Assembly (NCBI GenBank): GCA_963590865.1 | Contig: CAVAQY010000001.1 | Span: forward strand, 4,750-68,749 | Direction: 5' to 3' | Origin: Bacteroidaceae bacterium | GTDB taxonomy: Bacteria > Bacteroidota > Bacteroidia > Bacteroidales > Bacteroidaceae | DNA length: 64,000 bases | Shown: in pieces, positions 40,119 through 47,551 of the stretch | Numbering within the stretch: position 1 is the first letter of the stretch | Layout: each line of letters begins with the position of its first letter | The notes under the pieces: model-generated | Told to the model about the DNA's origin: nothing | Seen by the model: the letters and a program-made list of their open reading frames with translations, nothing else | Database searches by the model: none | Position numbers and translations under genes: made by a program

Positions 40119-40257
40119 CTGCTATTTTGATTTGTTTTTAGGTTTTCGTTTAATGCGGTGGTTTACAGAACCGCCGTTAGGGGTAGTCAAGCATAAAAGC
40201 CGTGAGACTTCATGTGCTCATAGGCAAGTCTTAACACGGCAAATTGCCACTTGGTGA

Positions 40258-40268
40258 TTGCAAAGTTA
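40258..40268 (-). promoter_or_regulatory. Bacteroidota -7 promoter motif for the MFS transporter
   Basis: Minus strand TAACTTTGCAa, about 140 nt upstream of ATG 40118. Confidence 0.45.
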
Positions 40269-40351
40269 GCATTTTTACACAATAATAGGTAATGAAACGG
40301 ACGTTTTATGCCCCATTCGGGCAATAAAAGTGTACAAGTCGTGCTGAAAAA

Positions 40352-40386
40352 GCAAAAGGGACACCCGGTTTTGGATGTCCCTTTGC
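40352..40386 (-). terminator. Rho-independent terminator after murF/alr
   Basis: Minus strand cagcaaagggacatcc-aaaa-ccgggtgtcccttttgc followed by tttttc. Confidence 0.7.
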
Positions 40387-40470
40387 TGTGTATGCGTCAG
40401 AGTGTAAAGGTGTTTTTGCCGAAATCTTGTGGCTTCAAAAGAACCTGTTCGTATGGTTTCTCACCACCGC

Positions 40471-42945
40471 TTAGTCCTGATAATACACCTTCTTCACCCT
40501 GCTGCTGATGCTTGTAAGCACCTCGTAGGGTATGGTGTCGAGCGCATCAGACAGAACTGTTACGGGCAGGTTCTTGCCGAATATCTCCACGGTGTCGCCC
40601 TCTTTGCAGTCAATGTCCGTCACGTCTATCAGCGCAACGTCCATACAGATGTTGCCTATGTAGGGAGCTTTCTTGCCGTTTACGAGGCAATAGCAGTGGC
40701 CGTTGCCCAAATGGCGGTTCAGACCGTCGGCGTATCCTATTGGTATTGCGCCTATAATGCTGTCGCGGGTCAGTTTCCCCTTGCGGCTGTAGCCCACGGT
40801 TTCCTCCTTCGGCACGTTGCGCAGTTGCAGAATAGTGGTCTTGAGTGTGCTCACGGTGTTGAGTATATGGTTGTCGCGGCTGTCTATTCCGTACAGTCCG
40901 AGACCGAGACGGCACATGTCGAGCTGCCTTTCGGGGAAGTGTTCTATGCCGGCGCTGTTGTCAATGTGGCGCAGTATTTTGTGGTTGAAGGCCGCCTGAA
41001 GCTTCTTTGAACTCTCGTCAAACAAGGCAAACTGGTGGGCAGAGAAGTTGTCGAAGTCGTCGCTGTCCGACCCTACGAAGTGGGAGAACACCGAACGCGG
41101 TATGATTGCGTTCTGCCGTTTCAGCCTTTCCACCAGTTCGTCCATGTCTTTCTTCGGGTCAAAGCCGAGGCGGTGCATTCCGGTGTCTATCTTTATGTGT
41201 ACCGGATAGTCCGTTATTCCCTCCTTTTCGGCAGCCTTGATGAGCGCGTCCATAAGTCTGAAACTGTAGACCTCCGGTTCCAACTCATAGTCAAACATGG
41301 TTTTGAAGGCCGTCATTTCGGGGTTCATTATTATTATGTTGCCCGTTATTCCGTTCTTGCGCAGCGTCACACCTTCGTCGGCCACAGCCACAGCGAGGTA
41401 GTCCACACGGTGCTCCTGCAAGGTCTTTGCCACTTCGACTGCTCCGGCACCGTATGCGTCGGCCTTAACCATGCACACCATCTTCGTGGTTGGCTTCAGG
41501 AATGATTTGTAGTGGTTGAGATTGTCTACCAAGGCGGTGAGGTTCACCTCCAGAATGGTCTCGTGGACTTTCTGCTCAAGCAGTTCCGTTATGTGGTCAA
41601 AGCCGAACGAGCGTGCGCCTTTTATCAGTATCACCTCGTCGTGAAGCGACTTGAACACTTCGCTCTTCACGAATTGCTGCACGCTGGTGAAGAAGTATTT
41701 GTCGGCCACCTGTATCTTGTCGGCTTGCGACTTGATGTCCTGGCCTATGCCTATGAACTTCTGCACACCACGGTTCACCGCCAGTTCAGATACTGTGCGG
41801 TACAGCAAGTCTGGCTGTTCTCCGCTTTGGCGAATGTCGCTCAGTATGAGCGTATGGCGCAAACCCTTGTTGTCGGGTCGGCGGCACATGAAGTCGAGAG
41901 CGATGTCAAGCGAATTGACATCTGAATTGTATGAGTCGTTGATGATGGTGCAGCCGTGCTGGCCTTCTTTCACTTCAAGGCGCATGGCTACTGGCTCGAG
42001 TTGTGCCATTCGCTTGGCGAGGTCTTCGGTCGACACCCCAAGGAACAGAGCCACGCAGGCACAGGCAAACGAACATTTCACCGATGCCTCGTCGATGAAG
42101 GGAAGACTGTAGATTCCCTTTTCGCCTTTGTAAGTATAGCTGATGTCTGTGGTTTGTCCGTTGGCGATTATCTGACTGAAGTACATCTGCGCACTCTGGT
42201 CGGTTGTGCTCCAGCCTATCTTTTCGCAATGGAACCCCGATTTGCGCACACAACGGCTCACCGTGTCGTCGTCGGAGTCGTAAACTATCACGTTGGCATC
42301 GTGGAACAGCTCAACCTTCTCCATGCACTTCTCCTCCAAAGAGCGGAAGTTCTCCTGATGGGCTGCGCCGAGTGATGTCAGCACTCCCACGGTGGGCTGT
42401 ATTATGTCGTGCAGAGCCTGCATCTCGCCGGGCTGACTTATGCCGGCTTCAAACAGTCCCACCTGTGTGTTCTCGTTGAGAAGCCATACTGACAGCGGCA
42501 CTCCAATCTGCGAATTGTAGCTCTTTGGCGAGCGCGTCACCACCATTTGCGGCGACAACAACTGGTACAGCCACTCCTTTACCATGGTCTTTCCGTTAGA
42601 CCCCGTTATTCCTACAACGGGAATGTCGAAGCCGTCGCGGTGGCGTTCGGCCAATCTTTGCAAGGCTTCAAGACTGCTTGTCACCTTAAGGAAGTTTGAC
42701 TGTGGATAGTCGGTGGCTGCATTGTCGGGCACCGACTCTACGACAAAGTTGTGCACGCCGCGTCTGTATAGGTCGCTGATGTACCTGTGCCCGTCGTTGC
42801 GTTCCGTCTTCAAGGCGAAGAAGAGTGTCTCTTCGGGAAAACAAAGCGAACGGCTGTCGGTGAGTATCCATCCGATGTTGCTGTCGGTGTCACCGATGCG
42901 CCGCGCTCCGATGAGCGTGGTGACTTTCTCTATCGTGTATTTCAT
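40471..42945 (-). CDS. Bifunctional UDP-MurNAc-tripeptide--D-Ala-D-Ala ligase (MurF) / alanine racemase fusion
   Basis: N-terminal half has Mur ligase P-loop VGITGSNGKT. C-terminal half has the alanine racemase PLP-lysine context MVKADAYGAGAVEVAK and YEVLTSIS. 824 aa. Confidence 0.85.
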   Translation of the reverse strand: MKYTIEKVTTLIGARRIGDTDSNIGWILTDSRSLCFPEETLFFALKTERNDGHRYISDLYRRGVHNFVVESVPDNAATDYPQSNFLKVTSSLEALQRLAERHRDGFDIPVVGITGSNGKTMVKEWLYQLLSPQMVVTRSPKSYNSQIGVPLSVWLLNENTQVGLFEAGISQPGEMQALHDIIQPTVGVLTSLGAAHQENFRSLEEKCMEKVELFHDANVIVYDSDDDTVSRCVRKSGFHCEKIGWSTTDQSAQMYFSQIIANGQTTDISYTYKGEKGIYSLPFIDEASVKCSFACACVALFLGVSTEDLAKRMAQLEPVAMRLEVKEGQHGCTIINDSYNSDVNSLDIALDFMCRRPDNKGLRHTLILSDIRQSGEQPDLLYRTVSELAVNRGVQKFIGIGQDIKSQADKIQVADKYFFTSVQQFVKSEVFKSLHDEVILIKGARSFGFDHITELLEQKVHETILEVNLTALVDNLNHYKSFLKPTTKMVCMVKADAYGAGAVEVAKTLQEHRVDYLAVAVADEGVTLRKNGITGNIIIMNPEMTAFKTMFDYELEPEVYSFRLMDALIKAAEKEGITDYPVHIKIDTGMHRLGFDPKKDMDELVERLKRQNAIIPRSVFSHFVGSDSDDFDNFSAHQFALFDESSKKLQAAFNHKILRHIDNSAGIEHFPERQLDMCRLGLGLYGIDSRDNHILNTVSTLKTTILQLRNVPKEETVGYSRKGKLTRDSIIGAIPIGYADGLNRHLGNGHCYCLVNGKKAPYIGNICMDVALIDVTDIDCKEGDTVEIFGKNLPVTVLSDALDTIPYEVLTSISSRVKKVYYQD

Positions 42946-42966
42946 CGTGCAAGAAATGTTGTTTTT

Positions 42967-43806
42967 CTACAATGCAAAGTTAGGGTATTTTTCCGACAAG
43001 AGGGCTGCTTTGCGCATTGTTTTGGCCATGAACTCCCTGTACTCTTCGCTGTCCGGATTGAACGGCTTGTGCCCCAAGGCTTCCTTTATGGGTCGCCACT
43101 CCTCCAGGAACCGTTTTGTGGCTTGGCTGAAGTAAGCCTCGGAAAACTTCTGCCAGATATATTCCACCGCCTGTTCCGACGGGTGGAGCATGTCCGGACG
43201 GTAGAAACGGTAGTCCCTAAGTTCGTCTTCCACAATCTCGTAGGCCGGGAAATATCCGCAACGGTGGTCGCTCCTCACCAGTTTCTCCGCTGCAAGCAGC
43301 AGCGTGGCCTTTGACAACCGACTGCCGTGATAGCCGTATTTTGCGTAGCGTATGGGGCTTACCGTCACCACAACGTGTACCTCCGGATTGCGTTCAGCCA
43401 GTATGTCTACCGCCTTTTGCAGATATTCGTGGCATTGGTCCACGCTAAGTTCCTCTTCCTGAAACAGATTTTGTGGCCTCTTCCGGCAGTTGTCCACAAT
43501 CTCGCCCGTGGCTTTCAGCCTGTACACATGATTGGTGCCGAGTGTGAACAACGCCACTCGCGGAGCCTCGTCGCACAGCTCTACTGTGTGGAGTATGCTC
43601 GCCGGATTGTACATCACCCCGTATGGGTTTACCGTGGCGAGGAACTTCTCTTCCACAAATCGCTTGCCTATGTTGTCGGCAAAGCACGAACCCACAAAGA
43701 GCATCCGCTCCTGCGGCTCTATTTCAAAGTCCGGCTTTGTTATGTTTACCTCTGTTCTGAACTCCATTCGTTTCGTTTTGTCTCTTGATTTTCGACGGCC
43801 AAACAT
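42967..43806 (-). CDS. GSCFA-domain protein
   Basis: Eponymous motif FVGSCFADNIG near the N-terminus. 279 aa. Confidence 0.85.
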   Translation of the reverse strand: MFGRRKSRDKTKRMEFRTEVNITKPDFEIEPQERMLFVGSCFADNIGKRFVEEKFLATVNPYGVMYNPASILHTVELCDEAPRVALFTLGTNHVYRLKATGEIVDNCRKRPQNLFQEEELSVDQCHEYLQKAVDILAERNPEVHVVVTVSPIRYAKYGYHGSRLSKATLLLAAEKLVRSDHRCGYFPAYEIVEDELRDYRFYRPDMLHPSEQAVEYIWQKFSEAYFSQATKRFLEEWRPIKEALGHKPFNPDSEEYREFMAKTMRKAALLSEKYPNFAL

Positions 43807-44045
43807 GGGTGTTGCTCCTCATGTTTGGCCGCAACCATCACACAAAATTCGGTAATTTGTACGAGATGCGCAAGCTTGTCCAGTAATAAAACCGCCCGTT
43901 CGCATCTTCTTTGCCCTCGCAACCATGGCATTTGCAGGTCGTAAATACCATGGTTGCGGATGCTGAATGCCATACTTACGCCTCCTAAGTTTGCCTTGTG
44001 GCTTGCTTTTGTGTCAGGAGGTACGCTGCCCATAATATAAGAATA

Positions 44046-44076
44046 GAGCCTGTCTCGCACGTGGCGAGGCAGGCTC
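44046..44076 (-). terminator. Hairpin terminator ending the LRR-protein / small-ORF transcript
   Basis: gagcctgtctcgc-acgtg-gcgaggcaggctc (13 bp, one mismatch). The minus strand continues tattcttatatta. Confidence 0.6.
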
Positions 44077-44103
44077 CATTCCTTTTCTGCATTGGCATTA
44101 CGG

Positions 44104-44253
44104 CTATTCCGCCAAATAAAATCCGTCTTCGTCCTGGTCCACTCCGGAGTCGTCGGCTTCTCCCCTGCCGAGTTCATTCCCCGACATGCAGATAATCTCG
44201 AATGGCGACATCTGCACTATCTGTATCACAGGACTTTCATACGTTTTCTTCAT
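44104..44253 (-). CDS. 49-codon acidic ORF immediately downstream of the LRR protein (hypothetical)
   Basis: My own translation: MKKTYESPVIQIVQMSPFEIICMSGNELGRGEADDSGVDQDEDGFYLAE*. ATG lies 15 nt after the LRR gene's TAA and before the terminator hairpin. Too short for the ORF track. Confidence 0.3.
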   Translation of the reverse strand: MKKTYESPVIQIVQMSPFEIICMSGNELGRGEADDSGVDQDEDGFYLAE

Positions 44254-44268
44254 GTCAGTTCGTTTTTT

Positions 44269-47022
44269 TTATTTGATTATTACCTTCGTTGTCTTGTTGC
44301 CACGCCTCACTATGTTCAAGCCCCTCTGCAAGCCTTCGAGTCGGCGGCCGTTGATGTCGTAATACTCCGCATCGGCGTTGAGGGTGTCGATTACGCTGTC
44401 TATTGAGGTTGTCTTGTCGTCAGTCACGATGTTGAGCACAGGGGCATATTTCGCGCTGCTCGTCTCGTTGGTCAGGATGTAGGCACGGTATGGGTTAACC
44501 TTCACGTAAGAGTCTTCGCTGGTATAGTCGGACACCTTGTAGAACTTGTTGTTGGCTATGAAGTAGCCGTTGCCGTCGGCGAGATAGGTGGGTTCGAACG
44601 CCCCGTCAAGATAGTCACCGCTCTCGGTCACGGCAGGCATATAGACGACATTGGCGGCTGTGGCGCTAATCTCAATGCTGCTTTGCGAGTCGCTCTTCTT
44701 GCTGATGATTACTGGAGTGCCGGCCGCGATGGTTCCGTTCAGTTGGGTGAGGGTCAGCTTGTCTGTGTCAATGGCATTGATGGTGTAGAAGTTACAGTCT
44801 GCACTTTCGGCGTTTATCTCGAACGGCAGGCAGAGCGTACCCCACTTGTTGGTCATCGTGCGAGTGTAGGAGGCTGCCTTGTCGTTGGCAAGCTTGAAGT
44901 CAAATGACGACATGAAAGCCTTGCCGTCGGTGAACTCCACATTGTCGTTGCACAGCGCATTGTTGCCGTATCCATCCACGTTATAGTCTTTGTCGCCCAC
45001 ACTGAACTGGCGGCGCAGCGTGAGGTAGCCGTCGGTGTAGTTGGCCTTATCCTTATTATTTGTTGCATCGGCATCGAAATTGGGCAGCGAGTAACACCCC
45101 GTGAACATATAGCCAGAATTTGACACATTTTCCATCGAAAAATCGGCGGAAACGTAGATGTTCTTCAGTCTTGAGCAGCCGTTAAACATATGGTAGGTGT
45201 CAGAAAGTCTTTTCGTGTCGAAATGCGTAAGGTCAAGCGAAGTCAGCGAACTGCACGACTGGAACATACCCTGCATCTCCTCCACCCCGGATGTGTTGAG
45301 GTATTCCATTCCTTCTATCGTCTGGAGAGAACTCTTATTCATAAACCATGCTTCGCAAGTTCCGGGACGTGCCTCGCTTAACTCCTTGAGGAATACAGCC
45401 TTAGTGGGTGCAGTGTTATTCAAATATTTATTGGTAGTGCCGTAGGTGAAATCGTATGTGTCGGTGGCGGTAGTGAGGGCACGCAGCTTGTCGTAGTGGA
45501 ACGTGAGGGTTTTCGTGGCTTCCTGATATTCCACCCACAGCGACGCAGCAATGTCTACAAAATTGAGGTAGCCGCCATCGGTAAGGTCCTTCGCCATTGC
45601 AGCGTCCACTTTCCCGGTATCGAAGCCTCGCAGTTTGGTGCAGTCTTTAAACATCGCGGTGCTTGTCACGTTGTCGGCCACAACGAAGTTCGTACTGGCG
45701 AAAATCTCTTTCAGCGCCGTACACGACGACAGCATGTCCGACATGTCGGTCACATTTGTGGTGTTGAACGAGCTAAGGTCGAGCGACTCCAGCAGCGAGC
45801 ATCCGTGGAACATGCCTGCCATGTTGGTCACTTTACTGGTGTTGAGCAAGTTGAGTCCTTCTATAGAGACCAACTTGTCCATACGATAAAACCAATGGTA
45901 GCAGCTTGTGGGTGTCGCTTTCTTCATTTCTTTGTCAAACACCACTTTCTTAATGACCTTTCCCAGCCATCCTGGAACAGCATTACCCGTATTGAAATCG
46001 TACTTGGCTGTAGCTTCGGTGTATTCCTTGAGACGGTCGTTGTGGAAAGTCAGCGTGGCGGTACTTTCCTGATACTCCACCCATTTGTCAGAACCTTTTT
46101 CTACGTGGTTCACATAGCCCCCGTCGCTTATGTCTATGCAACGTTTGGAGCTAACATCGCTAGCGTCGAAGTTAGGCAGACTTGTCGCGCCCAAGAACAC
46201 CTTATCGCTAGTAGGGGACCACCAGTCAGGCCAAGTTTTTACTGCGAAGCCACTTGTCACCATTATGTTTCTCAGTTTGGTGCAATTACAAAACATGCGG
46301 GGTATCCCGGAGCTATAATACGATAAGCCGCAGAGGTTGAAACTGGTTAGGTCAAGTTCGGTCAAGCTCTCGCATTTTTCAAACATGGAATGCATAGTTG
46401 CCGTCTTCTCTGTGTTAAACGAAGTAACGTTTACCGATGCCAGTTGGTTGCAATCGTAAAACATTCTCTTCATCGACTTCACGTTGCTGGTATTAAAGTT
46501 GGAAAGGTCAAGCTCCGTCAATGGCAGACTATAGAACATTGCCTCCATCGTGGTGACCTTGCCGGTGTCAAAATGCGAGAGGTCAAGCTCCGTCAAACTG
46601 ATGCAACGATAGAACATGTAGCTCATGTCGGTGACTTCTGACGTGTTGAGATACTCGATGCCATCTATCTGAGTGAGCTTCGTAAAGGTATAGAACCAGT
46701 GTGCGGTGGTTGTGGGGCGCGCATCGGCGAAGTTGCTGTCGAACACCACAGTCGTAACGGTCTTCTTCGGGTTTCTGTCTGTCACCCACCCCGGTTTGTC
46801 AGACCCGCTGTTCAAGTCATACTTGGTGGTGGCGATTGTCGCCTCCTTGTTCTCGTCGTAGTGGAAAGTCAACGTGGCGGTGCCTTCCTGATATTCCACC
46901 CACGCCTGCTTGTCGGCCATGGCCAACGACGGCACGAGGAGCAACGTCAAGAGAAATGTTGTCCGTGCAAATAAAGCAATTGTCTTGTGCATAAATTTAT
47001 TAATGATTGTGTAGTTATCCAT
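44269..47022 (-). CDS. BspA-type leucine-rich-repeat (DUF285-like) surface protein with T9SS C-terminal sorting domain
   Basis: Repeats of the form F..C.SLTELDLS.F.T..VT.M..MF. Three tandem modules each open with WVEYQE.T.TLTFH.D. C-terminus YDINGRRLEGLQRGLNIVRRGNKTTKVIIK. Signal peptide begins at the alternative ATG 46992 (MHKTIALFARTTFLLTLLLVPSLAMA). Confidence 0.85.
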   Translation of the reverse strand: MDNYTIINKFMHKTIALFARTTFLLTLLLVPSLAMADKQAWVEYQEGTATLTFHYDENKEATIATTKYDLNSGSDKPGWVTDRNPKKTVTTVVFDSNFADARPTTTAHWFYTFTKLTQIDGIEYLNTSEVTDMSYMFYRCISLTELDLSHFDTGKVTTMEAMFYSLPLTELDLSNFNTSNVKSMKRMFYDCNQLASVNVTSFNTEKTATMHSMFEKCESLTELDLTSFNLCGLSYYSSGIPRMFCNCTKLRNIMVTSGFAVKTWPDWWSPTSDKVFLGATSLPNFDASDVSSKRCIDISDGGYVNHVEKGSDKWVEYQESTATLTFHNDRLKEYTEATAKYDFNTGNAVPGWLGKVIKKVVFDKEMKKATPTSCYHWFYRMDKLVSIEGLNLLNTSKVTNMAGMFHGCSLLESLDLSSFNTTNVTDMSDMLSSCTALKEIFASTNFVVADNVTSTAMFKDCTKLRGFDTGKVDAAMAKDLTDGGYLNFVDIAASLWVEYQEATKTLTFHYDKLRALTTATDTYDFTYGTTNKYLNNTAPTKAVFLKELSEARPGTCEAWFMNKSSLQTIEGMEYLNTSGVEEMQGMFQSCSSLTSLDLTHFDTKRLSDTYHMFNGCSRLKNIYVSADFSMENVSNSGYMFTGCYSLPNFDADATNNKDKANYTDGYLTLRRQFSVGDKDYNVDGYGNNALCNDNVEFTDGKAFMSSFDFKLANDKAASYTRTMTNKWGTLCLPFEINAESADCNFYTINAIDTDKLTLTQLNGTIAAGTPVIISKKSDSQSSIEISATAANVVYMPAVTESGDYLDGAFEPTYLADGNGYFIANNKFYKVSDYTSEDSYVKVNPYRAYILTNETSSAKYAPVLNIVTDDKTTSIDSVIDTLNADAEYYDINGRRLEGLQRGLNIVRRGNKTTKVIIK

Positions 47023-47039
47023 ACTTGGTTCTTATCGGG

Positions 47040-47049
47040 TGCAAAGATA
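47040..47049 (-). promoter_or_regulatory. Bacteroidota -7 promoter motif for the LRR protein
   Basis: Minus strand TATCTTTGCA. Its position favours ATG 46992 as the start. Confidence 0.5.
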
Positions 47050-47314
47050 GTCATTATTAATGAAGTCCTTAGAATACAGACTTTTAATTTTATATAAAAG
47101 GAAGTCATTGGGCAACAATAAATTATCCAAAGCTTGCGTATGTCAGAGAAATTCACTTGTGCTTGGCGCGTATCTTTGTGGAGGCGACTATGTTTGCCCT
47201 TGTGCGCCAGAATTTTGGCTTGGGAAATGTAAATGTAGTAGGTGCAGCGTCTCGCTGCACCCGTCCAGCGGATGACGAAAGCACAAAATTAGGTCACGTG
47301 GCGTTGCCGTTTTG

Positions 47315-47366
47315 TTCGGGATGGCTTCGGGATGCGTTCGGGATGCGTTCGGGATTTGATCGGGCG
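47315..47366. repeat. 11-bp tandem repeat TTCGGGATGCG x ~4
   Basis: ttcgggatggc ttcgggatgcg ttcgggatgcg ttcgggatttga tcggg, in the divergent intergenic region about 95-145 nt upstream of the C10 protease promoter motif. Confidence 0.85.
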
Positions 47367-47459
47367 CAACTGGGTCGTATGCGCCTACCAAGTTTGCCCC
47401 ATCTCCCGTTAAATAACCTAAACTTCCGTCCAATGGATAGTCTTGTCGTGCAGAATGTT

Positions 47460-47469
47460 TATCTTTGCA
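47460..47469 (+). promoter_or_regulatory. Bacteroidota -7 promoter motif for the C10 protease
   Basis: TATCTTTGCA about 83 nt upstream of ATG 47552. Confidence 0.5.
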
Positions 47470-47551
47470 AGTTGGCAGAACCTTCTTACGCACAAATACA
47501 GATGGGGTAGGGGTTCAGGCGATGAAGAGCGAATATACATACATCAACATA

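Noticed and set aside
40471-42945. MurF-alanine racemase fusion as a novelty.
   Set aside because: The fusion is real in the sequence, but to my knowledge it is a common, already annotated Bacteroidota architecture.
43746-44177. 143-aa ORF between the GSCFA gene and the LRR operon.
   Set aside because: It overlaps the GSCFA start and the 49-codon ORF, and runs straight through a terminator hairpin (44046-44076), a second hairpin and the GSCFA promoter and leader. The composition is not protein-like.
47157-47510. 117-aa (+) and 101-aa (-, 47188..47493) ORFs in the LRR/C10 intergenic region.
   Set aside because: They are mutually overlapping and span the 11-bp tandem repeat and the C10 promoter motif. 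There is no start context or recognisable motif. The region is treated as non-coding, though unexplained (see findings).
47023-47551. Invertible (phase-variable) promoter between the LRR and C10 genes.
   Set aside because: I found no pair of long (>15 bp) inverted repeats bracketing either promoter motif, and no nearby site-specific recombinase gene.
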